37,066 nucleotides of DNA, taken from the NCBI GenBank assembly GCA_964605345.1, contig CAZSCD010000102.1:1-37066 (forward strand). Direction: 5' to 3'. Shown piece by piece: positions 1-8,223 of this stretch (positions are counted from its first letter, which is position 1; the number at the start of each line of letters is the position of its first letter). Under the pieces are notes generated by a model that was given only the letters and a program-made list of their open reading frames with translations, had not been told where the DNA came from and did no database searches. Source of the DNA: an uncultured Dehalococcoidia bacterium (lineage in GTDB: Bacteria; Chloroflexota; Dehalococcoidia; Lucifugimonadales; CAZSCD01). The position numbers and the translations under genes are program-made.

Positions 1-27
1 GATTAAAAAGTTATTGACAAGCCAAAT

Positions 28-585
28 TTACTCGACGGTTATCGCTCCTAACATGCCATTACCTTCATGATAAATACATATGATAGGATACACGCCTGGT
101 TTATCAAATGTAATGGTGACGGATTCTTCTTGGCCTGGATCTATATCTAAATCAACTCCCAAATCATCAATCGTAAAAGAATGCAATTCAGTTTCTGCGA
201 TGTTAACGAAGGTCACGGTGTCTCCTACCTTGAAGGAGAACTTGCTTGGTTCATAAGCATAGGCACCACTACCGGCTGGGTCAGTATTTAATACACTAAC
301 CACTGTCGCATCACTGTCAGTTGGTTCGCTTGTACTTGTTGAGGATTGGCCACTCGATTCTGTAGACATCTCCGATTGGTTTGTAGAAGGAGCCTTTGGT
401 ACTGCTGGAGGAGATATTCTATCTATAGAAGTTTCTTCATTAGGTTCTACAGCGCCGTGTTCTGCCTTTCCTACATCACAGGCGACCAATAGAAGTAAAG
501 TTACACTAGCCATTATATATAAGTTGATAAATTGTTTCAGCATACATCTCCTTACTGTAACCCGCACTGGATCTTTAAAGGGCAT
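28..585 (-). CDS. Cupredoxin (type-1 blue copper) lipoprotein, plastocyanin/amicyanin-like
   Basis: 185-aa ORF. N-terminal hydrophobic signal ends in the lipobox-like LLLVAC. A Ser/Thr/Glu-rich linker follows. The C-terminal domain has a T1 copper ligand pattern: His in ELHSF, then C-x2-H-x4-M in PIICIYHEGNGM. Confidence 0.75.
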   Translation of the reverse strand: MPFKDPVRVTVRRCMLKQFINLYIMASVTLLLLVACDVGKAEHGAVEPNEETSIDRISPPAVPKAPSTNQSEMSTESSGQSSTSTSEPTDSDATVVSVLNTDPAGSGAYAYEPSKFSFKVGDTVTFVNIAETELHSFTIDDLGVDLDIDPGQEESVTITFDKPGVYPIICIYHEGNGMLGAITVE

Positions 586-670
586 GGTGTGGATTACAGA
601 CCTAATCTACATCTATGCTAACATCGACTCTTAAATGTGGTCAATCGTGAAATTCAAATCCACCAGAAGG

Positions 671-699
671 TTGACACTGAACAAGTGTTCTGTTAGGCT
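671..699 (+). promoter_or_regulatory. Putative lexA promoter (-35 TTGACA 671-676, 17-nt spacer, weak -10 TAGGCT 694-699)
   Basis: Perfect -35 hexamer with 17-nt spacing to a weak -10. The LexA box lies inside the spacer. The GAGGA ribosome-binding site and ATG at 760 follow downstream. Confidence 0.4.
679..690. promoter_or_regulatory. LexA operator (Cheo-type SOS box GAAC-N4-GTTC)
   Basis: Perfect palindrome GAACAAGTGTTC about 70 nt upstream of the lexA start, within the promoter spacer. It matches the Gram-positive-type consensus CGAAC-N4-GTTCG core, consistent with autoregulation. Confidence 0.7.
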
Positions 700-704
700 A
701 CTTC

Positions 705-716
705 AGAACATTAGTG
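705..716. promoter_or_regulatory. Possible second, degenerate LexA half-conserved site (GAACATTAGTGC)
   Basis: The GAAC-N4-GTGC sequence has one mismatch in the right arm. It lies 14 nt downstream of the first box and abuts a TATAAA hexamer. Confidence 0.3.
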
Positions 717-759
717 CTTATAAAGTCTCCTTTATGTAGTGTTCAAGTGAGGATATTTA

Positions 760-1404
760 ATGAAAAAAACTCTTTCTCCACGCCAACAATCGATGTTGAA
801 TTTTATTTGGGATTTCATGGATGATCACCAATTTCCTCCAACAATACGCGATATTCAGGCGGGTTGTGAAATCAGTTCCACATCGGTGGTAGATTACAAT
901 TTGCAAATTCTGCAACGCGAAGGACATCTACGTCGTTCTCCAGAAGTTTCCAGAGGGATAGAACTTATAGACAGGAAACCTTCAGGAGTGCAATACGATA
1001 CTATTCGAGTCCCCATTCTTGGCAACATTGCAGCAGGAGAACCTTTACCTATTCCATCATCAGATTCCTGGCACACAGAAGAAATGGATAGCATGGATTT
1101 ACCGCCTTTTCTGACTAAAGGAAAAGAGGATGTGTATGCAGTTCGTGTTAAAGGCGAATCTATGATAGATGCATGTGTAGTGGATGGAGATTTAGTATTA
1201 TTAGAACCCATAACTAGCCCAGAAAATGGTGACATGGTGGCGGCGTGGCTAACCGACAGAGATGAAGTAACACTTAAACGATTCTATCTAGAAGGCGATA
1301 TGGTAAGATTGCAACCTGCCAATGCCACTATGAGTCCTATCACTGTTCTTGCAGACAATGTAGCTGTTCGTGGGAAAGTTGTAGGTATGATTAGAACGCT
1401 TTAA
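760..1404 (+). CDS. lexA: LexA repressor (S24 peptidase, SOS regulator)
   Basis: 214 aa. Winged-helix N-domain (PPTIRDIQAGCEISSTSVVDYNLQILQREGHLRR). Ala-Gly cleavage site in NIAAGEP. Ser nucleophile in VKGESM and Lys in TLKRF. Confidence 0.92.
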   Translation: MKKTLSPRQQSMLNFIWDFMDDHQFPPTIRDIQAGCEISSTSVVDYNLQILQREGHLRRSPEVSRGIELIDRKPSGVQYDTIRVPILGNIAAGEPLPIPSSDSWHTEEMDSMDLPPFLTKGKEDVYAVRVKGESMIDACVVDGDLVLLEPITSPENGDMVAAWLTDRDEVTLKRFYLEGDMVRLQPANATMSPITVLADNVAVRGKVVGMIRTL

Positions 1405-1447
1405 ATTTCTTGGTTACAGATAAAATCCCCCCAACTGGTTGGCAATA

Positions 1448-1490
1448 GCCGTTACTTATTACCTAGAATTAATAGATAATAAGTAACGGC
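1448..1490. repeat. Perfect 13-bp inverted repeat GCCGTTACTTATT-N17-AATAAGTAACGGC between lexA and copA
   Basis: Arms at 1448-1460 and 1478-1490 are exact reverse complements. No U-tract follows. A GATAAT hexamer (1475-1480) overlaps the right arm. Function is open: lexA transcript hairpin or copA operator. Confidence 0.5.
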
Positions 1491-1512
1491 ATAAACGCAA
1501 ATTAGGGATTCT

Positions 1513-4023
1513 TTGTTGGGTAGTGTGGGATTCGTAATGATATCTTCCAAGATTATAAACTCCACGACTGTAACATTTCCTATTAACGGTATGACTTGTG
1601 CTGCCTGCGTTTATCATCTGACGCATGCTTTAGAAGGTTTATCTGGTGTAGAAAATGCTGGGGTTAGTCTTGTTACCGAGAAGGCATCTGTTAAATTAAA
1701 CACGCAGGGTGTTACGTTAAACGCTTTGATTAAAGTAGTTAAAGATGCCGGATATGATGTAAGTACTAGAAAAATCTCACTGGCAATTTCTGGCATAAAT
1801 GACAATTTGTCTGCGAACCAAATTCAACGTGCTTTGAATGATGTAGGCATCGTTATTTCTTCTGATATAAATTTAGGTGCCGAACAAGTATCTATAGAAT
1901 ATCTGCAAGGAGCGTCGAGTCTTTCTGAAATAAAGCATTCTTTGGAAAATATTGGGTTATCTGTAGTGTCTATTGTGTCTGACGAAGATGACGGTCAAAT
2001 ATCCGTGAAGGACACTTTTGTATTAAAAGCAAAATTGCTATCGAGTTTGGTCATGGCAGCAATCATTATGTTGGCTATGCCTTTTTCAGATAAGATTGAG
2101 TGGATACCGTTCCGATTGGATTATTTACTGTTCATATTAGCAAGTCCAATTCAGTTTTGGGCAGGAAGTCAATTTTACGTTAGTGCTTGGAAGGCTTTCA
2201 AACGACGAACTTCAAATATGAATACGTTAATAGTCTTGGGGATTTCAGTAGCATATTTCTACAGTGTTATTGTTACTTTTTTCCCAAGGTCTTTCTTGTC
2301 TGAAGGAATTTCAACGGAAACATATTTCGATACGTCCACAGCGATTATTGGACTAGTATTACTAGGAAAATATATTGAAACTCGAGTTAACACTAGAGCT
2401 TCAAATGCCATAAATGCATTGATGGAGTTACAGCCCAATTCGGCACGAATTCTACGCGACGGTAAAGAGTTCGATGTTGCCATAGAAGACGTGAAAGTTA
2501 ATGACATAGTTGTAATACGCCCTGGTGAGCGAATCCCAGCTGATGGAGAGTTGCTAGAAGGATTCTCATCGCTTGATGAATCAATGTTAACTGGTGAAAG
2601 CACGCTGATTGACAAGTCTCCTGGTAGCCCAATCTTTTGTGCTTCTATGAACACAACGGGCAGTTTTACATTCAAGGTTACGAAATTAGGCAGCGAAACC
2701 ATTTTTTCTAATATAGTGAGCTTGGTAGAAGAAACACAATTTTCAAAGGCTCCAATCCAACGACTTGTTGACATAATCTCGAGCTATTTTGTTCCAACAG
2801 TCATAACTATATCTTTAGGAGTACTCGTGTTATGGTCTATCTTGGGCCCCAATTCTGATTACATGATTGCCATTATGGCTGCAGTAGCGGTGTTAATTAT
2901 TGCCTGTCCATGTGCCATGGGACTTGCTACCCCTACTGCTATAATGATTGGAACAGGTAAAGCTGCTGAACATGGTATTCTCATCAGAAATGCCGAAGCA
3001 TTTGAACTAGCACATAAAGCTGAAATCGTCGTGTTCGATAAGACAGGGACTCTCACTTTTGGGAAACCATCTGTAACAGATGTGGTAGCTGTCGGGATTA
3101 GTGAAAGTGAATTACTCACTGTAGTTGCATCTGCAGAACAGGGATCAGAACATCCTCTTTCAACAGCCTTGATTAACTACGCAGAAGAAAAGGCACTGAA
3201 TTTATCTCAACCCAAGGGATTTAAAGCATTTCCCGGTTTAGGCGTAGAGGCTAAAGTAGATGGATCAACAGTGACAATAGGAAACCGAGAGTTCATGAAT
3301 AGAAAAGGATTATCGGTAGAATTACTAAATGCGAGAGCGACAGACTTTTCTAAACAAGGCAAAACCACTCTTTTTGTAGTTGTCGATGAAGATGTGAAGG
3401 GAGTCATAGCAGTAGCGGACATTGTCAGGCCAGAATCTGCATTGATTGTTAACACACTTCGTGCTCACGGATTGGAAGTCGTAATGTTGACAGGTGACAA
3501 CAAGGATACTGCCGAAGCTGTTGCAAATCATATTGGCATAAGTTTGGTGTCCGCTGAGATACTACCCGCAGACAAATCCGATTATATAAAAACCGTCCAG
3601 AAAAATGGCAAAATGGTGATAATGATAGGCGATGGAATCAATGATGCACCTGCCTTGGTACAAGCTGACGTAGGTATTGCAATCGGCACAGGAACAGATA
3701 TTGCGATAGAATCGGCAGACATAACGCTTGTTGGAAGTCATCTCAAAGGAATTACAACCACCATTGAATTGAGCAAAGCGACTATGAAGACCATAAAACA
3801 GAATCTTTTCTGGGCCTTTGCTTATAATGTAGCGTTAATACCAATAGCAGCTGGTGTGCTGTATCCAGTATTTATGAATGAAGGAGTTCCAGATATATTA
3901 AGGCCGGTACTAGGTGATTTTGGGTTTTTAAATCCCGTTCTTGCTGCGAGTGCTATGGCCTTAAGTTCAGTGACAGTAGTAGCTAATTCACTTCGGCTCA
4001 AAGGATTTAGTGTAAAAATCTGA
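1513..4023 (+). CDS. copA: Copper-translocating P1B-type ATPase
   Basis: N-terminal HMA domain with GMTCAACVYH. A second HMA-like repeat lacks the CxxC. CPC transmembrane motif (ACPCAMGLATP), DKTGTLT phosphorylation site, GDGINDAP hinge. The ORF opens at TTG 1513; ATG 1537 (MISSKII) is an equally plausible start. Confidence 0.92.
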   Translation: MLGSVGFVMISSKIINSTTVTFPINGMTCAACVYHLTHALEGLSGVENAGVSLVTEKASVKLNTQGVTLNALIKVVKDAGYDVSTRKISLAISGINDNLSANQIQRALNDVGIVISSDINLGAEQVSIEYLQGASSLSEIKHSLENIGLSVVSIVSDEDDGQISVKDTFVLKAKLLSSLVMAAIIMLAMPFSDKIEWIPFRLDYLLFILASPIQFWAGSQFYVSAWKAFKRRTSNMNTLIVLGISVAYFYSVIVTFFPRSFLSEGISTETYFDTSTAIIGLVLLGKYIETRVNTRASNAINALMELQPNSARILRDGKEFDVAIEDVKVNDIVVIRPGERIPADGELLEGFSSLDESMLTGESTLIDKSPGSPIFCASMNTTGSFTFKVTKLGSETIFSNIVSLVEETQFSKAPIQRLVDIISSYFVPTVITISLGVLVLWSILGPNSDYMIAIMAAVAVLIIACPCAMGLATPTAIMIGTGKAAEHGILIRNAEAFELAHKAEIVVFDKTGTLTFGKPSVTDVVAVGISESELLTVVASAEQGSEHPLSTALINYAEEKALNLSQPKGFKAFPGLGVEAKVDGSTVTIGNREFMNRKGLSVELLNARATDFSKQGKTTLFVVVDEDVKGVIAVADIVRPESALIVNTLRAHGLEVVMLTGDNKDTAEAVANHIGISLVSAEILPADKSDYIKTVQKNGKMVIMIGDGINDAPALVQADVGIAIGTGTDIAIESADITLVGSHLKGITTTIELSKATMKTIKQNLFWAFAYNVALIPIAAGVLYPVFMNEGVPDILRPVLGDFGFLNPVLAASAMALSSVTVVANSLRLKGFSVKI

Positions 4024-4049
4024 TAATCATGTCTATGTAGGAGAAATCT

Positions 4050-4250
4050 ATGAGGATACCTTTTTTCAAACGTAATGTAGGCCTGTCAAAAGATCCGGTT
4101 TGTGACATGGATGTGGTTACTAATAAAACACCTGGTGGAACGTGGAAATACAAAAACACCTCGTATTATTTCTGTGGCCCAGGTTGTAATCGAGCATTTC
4201 AGAAAGATCCTCTTGCATATTTATCTGGGAATAAAAAATTACGTATGTGA
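4050..4250 (+). CDS. YHS/TRASH-domain small metal-binding protein
   Basis: 66 aa with DPVCDMDV...YYFCGPGCNRAFQKDPLAY, the YHS-domain cysteine pattern. It lies immediately downstream of copA. Confidence 0.8.
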   Translation: MRIPFFKRNVGLSKDPVCDMDVVTNKTPGGTWKYKNTSYYFCGPGCNRAFQKDPLAYLSGNKKLRM

Positions 4251-4396
4251 AAGTATAGAAGTCGTCGTCCTGATTGATGCCAATTGACCAAATTAAATTG
4301 ATTCGGGATAATGGAGCCTGTGTGATCTTGGAAATAAAAATTTTGGGTAGTGGTCAAACTCCATAATTTTTCGGCTTGATCAGATTTCATCTTTTA

Positions 4397-4484
4397 GCCC
4401 AGGTGGCGGAATGGTAGACGCAGCAGATTCAAAATCTGCCTTCCTTTATCGGAAGTGGGGGTTCGAGTCCCTCCCTGGGCACCA
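4397..4484 (+). tRNA. tRNA-Leu (anticodon CAA), CCA encoded
   Basis: Acceptor stem GCCCAGG/CCTGGGC. Anticodon arm GCAGA-TTCAAAA-TCTGC. Long variable arm (TTCC..GGAA) typical of class II tRNA. T-loop GTTCGAGT. 3' ACCA. Confidence 0.9.
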
Positions 4485-4569
4485 GTACATACTGAATGCT
4501 AATAGATTTTATACGGATTGGTATGATTTCAGATATGCTCAGGCGAGGGTTTATATAAAATCCGAATTA

Positions 4570-5535
4570 TTATGGAATAACCGGAGCTCCACGCACACCA
4601 ACATCTAGCCTATGGATGCTGTGCCTACCAGATACACATACGTACAGAGATTTATCCCAAAAACACACATTGGACACGCCGTCTCCTCCAGCATCATAAC
4701 TGGCTAATAATTCTCCTTTGTCCACATCTAACACATCTACTGTTGACCTAGGAAACCGTGATGTCCATAATCGACAATATTCATCAAATCTAAATCCAGA
4801 TAAACTTGAGTTAGGGAATTCAAACACGGTTCGTTTGTCCTTTAATGTTCCATCTGGAAGCCTCTTATATTCCAATAATCTATTTGTCTTCATTTCTCCA
4901 ACGAAAAAACGACTTTCATCGCCTGGATAGAATGCCATGCCGTTAGGATAAGCTAGTTTATCAGCCACTCGGGTAACTTTTCTGGGATTATTGTTAGTAT
5001 CCATATCTATCATGTACACGGCGCCTGTCGGATTTTCTATGTCATTGCATGGGCAGTTCTTTTTACCTGAGAGATGTTCGGGTGTTCCACAACGAGGATC
5101 CGCGAAATATATATTGCCACTGGAGTCCAGACAAACATCGTATATGCCTCGATAAGGTACGCCTTCATAATTATCGGTAAGTACTTCCAATTGTCGAGTT
5201 ACGGGATGTATGCGACTAACCCTAGCGTGACCATCCATCCCATTATTCCCACCAACATCAGCAACCAAAATATTCCCGTATCCATCCACTTTTAGTCCAT
5301 TGACCTGTCCACCGACATGTGCCCAGACTTCTACGGTGCCATCCAATGTCATTCTCCCAATCGTGCCGTCCTTGACATAGCCACCAAAGTAAAAGTTACC
5401 CTGTTTGTCAAATATTGGACCTTGACTGAAATCAAGATAGGCTATAATTGGATACGGAATAAGTTCTTCAGGTAAATTGGGTATGTTTGAGTTCATATTT
5501 ATTTTTTCTCCACTATAAAAAGGAAGTGATATCAA
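4570..5535 (-). CDS. SMP-30/gluconolactonase/LRE-like six-bladed beta-propeller protein
   Basis: 321 aa with repeated propeller-blade signatures (GNFYFGG, GNILVADVG, GNIYFADP, PNGMAF, LYVCV). Family-level call only; the start may be an internal Met. Confidence 0.6.
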   Translation of the reverse strand: MISLPFYSGEKINMNSNIPNLPEELIPYPIIAYLDFSQGPIFDKQGNFYFGGYVKDGTIGRMTLDGTVEVWAHVGGQVNGLKVDGYGNILVADVGGNNGMDGHARVSRIHPVTRQLEVLTDNYEGVPYRGIYDVCLDSSGNIYFADPRCGTPEHLSGKKNCPCNDIENPTGAVYMIDMDTNNNPRKVTRVADKLAYPNGMAFYPGDESRFFVGEMKTNRLLEYKRLPDGTLKDKRTVFEFPNSSLSGFRFDEYCRLWTSRFPRSTVDVLDVDKGELLASYDAGGDGVSNVCFWDKSLYVCVSGRHSIHRLDVGVRGAPVIP

Positions 5536-5627
5536 TTTACATGTTACACTAAATTAACACATTATGCCTTCAAGTCATTGCTGAATTAAAAGAGAGTATA
5601 ATGTAATTGATGTTAGGCTAAAAAATT

Positions 5628-5900
5628 GTGTTAAGAGGCGAACCCATGGGAATATTAGGAATGTTTTTAGCGACGGTTTTATTTTTCTTGGGTCTTTTTT
5701 CTGCGCTAGTTGCATTTGAAATGTACAATACTTCTACTTCAGGAGTACAAGAAACCACCATGATGGTTACATGGCTGATAAGTGCGGTGTGTTTTGGATT
5801 TTCAACAGTATGTCTCTGTCTTAGCAGAATTAGTTACCAAATTGTCAAACAATCTCGCTTGCAGAATAAAGGATTCCCTCAAGAAGACGAATCGAACTAA
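5628..5900 (+). CDS. Small hypothetical membrane protein (2 predicted TM helices)
   Basis: 90-aa ORF with two hydrophobic stretches and an acidic C-terminus. No recognisable motif. Confidence 0.4.
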   Translation: MLRGEPMGILGMFLATVLFFLGLFSALVAFEMYNTSTSGVQETTMMVTWLISAVCFGFSTVCLCLSRISYQIVKQSRLQNKGFPQEDESN

Positions 5901-5908
5901 TCCCTACA

Positions 5909-6721
5909 TTAATGCTCCATCACACTGCCGCCGTCTATATTTATAGACTGTCCATGTATCCAAGATGCTGCATTGGTGCACAGATATGCGATAAATCCAC
6001 CAACTTCATCGTCTGTCCCAGGTCTACCAATTGGTATTTCGGCAATTTCTTTCTCCCATGATCCAGTTATCCGAAAGAAATCGGATCTTGATGTATCTAC
6101 AAGTCCCGGGCATACGCAGTTGACATTGATGCCATGAGGGCCAAGTTCGTGTGCCATAGATTGAGTCATACCAACTTGTGCAAAGCATGCGGCGTTATAT
6201 GCCAATGTATTTGCACTGGCTGCCTTACCAAATCCCGAAGATACATTTATTATTTTCCCACCCTGATTTTGACTAATCAGTTGTTTTGCTATAGCTTTTG
6301 AGCATAAGTAAGTTCCGGTAACTTTCACGTTCACAACTTTCTGGAATATATCAGGGTCCAATTCTGTTATGGGAACTCGGTCAGCTCCTATACCAAAGGC
6401 GGCATTATTTACCAGTATATCTACCCTGCCAAACGCCTCAAGTGTTTTTGACATCATCATATTAACATCGTCTGCATTGCTTACGTCGACAACCAAAGGT
6501 AGTCCTCGGCGCCCTTCATTTTCTATCTGCACTGCTGTGCTGTTCACATCGTTCCAATTCGCAACTTTCTCGTCATCTGGAAAGTTTTCTGGTTTGCGGC
6601 CTGTACCAGTTACTACAACATCAGCTCCAAGTTTCGCGAGAGCTACAGCGGCAGATCTGCCCATGCCTCGCAATCTACCTGCTCCTGTTACAATAGCTAC
6701 TTTACCGTCAAGTTCTCCCAT
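5909..6721 (-). CDS. Short-chain dehydrogenase/reductase (SDR) family oxidoreductase
   Basis: TGAGRLRGMG Rossmann motif, NNAA, and a YxxxC/K-type active-site region (AYNAACFA). 270 aa. Confidence 0.85.
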   Translation of the reverse strand: MGELDGKVAIVTGAGRLRGMGRSAAVALAKLGADVVVTGTGRKPENFPDDEKVANWNDVNSTAVQIENEGRRGLPLVVDVSNADDVNMMMSKTLEAFGRVDILVNNAAFGIGADRVPITELDPDIFQKVVNVKVTGTYLCSKAIAKQLISQNQGGKIINVSSGFGKAASANTLAYNAACFAQVGMTQSMAHELGPHGINVNCVCPGLVDTSRSDFFRITGSWEKEIAEIPIGRPGTDDEVGGFIAYLCTNAASWIHGQSINIDGGSVMEH

Positions 6722-6940
6722 CTTGGTTACACTCCTAAACTTTAATTATAGCTAGGTATAATCGTGTTGTGTCTGTCATTTGGTTTGTAATGTTAAGTCT
6801 CAATACCGTTAATCAACCTGACAAAACACTACGTTTGGTTTAACTTTAAGTATCGTAGCATACACCGTTTGCATTTGCTAAGATATATACGAACGTGGAC
6901 TGGTTAGGTGCACGAGTGATGTATAAATGACAAAACTAAA

Positions 6941-7432
6941 ATGATGTTTTTGATTAATAATTACTCTTACTTAATTCTTGGATCAGTATTGATGTTAAGT
7001 ACGACAATACTGACCTGGCGCCTCTTCAGTCCAGGATGGGCCATAGCCATTTCATCGACAATGATGGTGTTTTTAGTGATTGTTCAGTCAATTGCAAGCA
7101 TCGACCGTAATTCCATTGATACCCTGGAAGGATTCGACAATATCCTTGCGTCTGGGGATCCTGTGCTCCTCGAACTCTACTCAAATTTTTGAGTGGCATG
7201 CCTCAAGGCTAAATCTGACGTAGACAGATTAGAATCTAATTTAAAAAACTTTAGAGTCATTAGGGTTAATGTTAGTTCATCTTTGGGCAAATACATCCGG
7301 CAAAAATATCACGCATCTATGGTTCCTACATTTATCGTTTTCGATAAAAACGGACATGAGACCTGGAGAGATAGTGGGGGAGCCCCAAAAATTGAAACTA
7401 TATTGTCCTTGGATTTGCAAAAACTGAAATGA
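6941..7432 (+). CDS. Membrane-anchored thioredoxin-fold protein with in-frame UGA (predicted selenocysteine, U-V-A-C redox motif)
   Basis: ORFs 6941-7192 and 7193-7432 are contiguous in one frame, separated only by TGA 7190-7192. The joined product reads ...DPVLLELYSNF-U-VAC-LKAK...ASMVPTFIVFDKNGHE. That is a beta1 strand, a CxxC-position motif and the cis-Pro loop of a thioredoxin fold. The N-terminus has two TM helices. Confidence 0.75.
7212..7230 (+). promoter_or_regulatory. Candidate bacterial SECIS-like hairpin downstream of UGA 7190
   Basis: AAUCUG (7212-7217) pairs perfectly with CAGAUU (7225-7230), enclosing the 7-nt loop ACGUAGA, which contains G. The stem begins 19 nt after the UGA. 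It is short and AU-rich, so this is only a candidate. Confidence 0.35.
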
Positions 7433-7591
7433 TTTTGATGTTGTTTTTGAGTGATATAATTGTAGTGCTGAATGTATGTGTGTATAAACAATACGTGATA
7501 TCGTTTTAATATTCAGAGATTCCTTTTGGCGACATGGATAAATACACTAGAAATATACGACATCATGAAAATTGGGATTATGGAGGACTAG

Positions 7592-8179
7592 ATGAAACTG
7601 ACTATAGATAAAGCAATTCGTGAAGGGGTTATTGAAGATCTGCCTTATGCAGATAATATTAAAGATGCTGAATTGAGGGAACGTGTATACGATGCCTGGG
7701 CAATGGCTTTGTCTTCTAGTGGGTTTAGACGAATTAACGATATGAAATGTGATCCAACCCCTGGATATGCGGAGTTAAAAAATAGAGGCCAGGCAGCACA
7801 TCTGAATGGAGTTGCTCGCATAGGAGTAGCTATGGCTAATGGACTCAAAGACGAAGTGCCTCAATTTGATGTCGATATGGATGAAATTATTGCTGGAGGC
7901 CTCTGTCATGATTTGGGAAAGCCCTGGGAATATGATCCCAATAACATAGAAAGATGGAAAGATCACAGGATAACTGGCAGGCCGTCTTTACGCCATACTC
8001 TCTTTGGTGTTCATATTGCCTTATCAGCTGGTTTGCCTGAGCAAATTGCTCATATAGCTGGGACACACGCTACTGAAGGAGATATCATAGTAAGAAGTTT
8101 GGCAGGTGAGATCATTGCAATGGCGGACGAAGCCTTCTGGCGTGTTTTAGAAAGTGCGTGCCTTTTGGAAGCTCCTTAA
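7592..8179 (+). CDS. HD-domain metal-dependent phosphohydrolase family protein
   Basis: 195 aa with the H...HD signature (GGLCHDLGKPWEY) and downstream His residues (AGTHATEGD). Confidence 0.75.
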   Translation: MKLTIDKAIREGVIEDLPYADNIKDAELRERVYDAWAMALSSSGFRRINDMKCDPTPGYAELKNRGQAAHLNGVARIGVAMANGLKDEVPQFDVDMDEIIAGGLCHDLGKPWEYDPNNIERWKDHRITGRPSLRHTLFGVHIALSAGLPEQIAHIAGTHATEGDIIVRSLAGEIIAMADEAFWRVLESACLLEAP

Positions 8180-8223
8180 GAATCAATAGAAAAAGAGTAA
8201 CATGCTGAATTAGCCGGTCTAGG

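Noticed and set aside
586-700. LexA control of the divergent cupredoxin gene through the shared intergenic region.
   Set aside because: The LexA box lies about 94 nt upstream of the cupredoxin start. That is beyond the most plausible minus-strand promoter hexamers, so repression of that gene is not supported by position alone.
4251-4570. Integrated mobile element or genomic island at tRNA-Leu. The same was considered at tRNA-Pro (14363-14538).
   Set aside because: There is no integrase, no direct repeat of the tRNA 3' end and no phage or transposase genes in the flanks. The neighbouring genes are ordinary metabolic genes.
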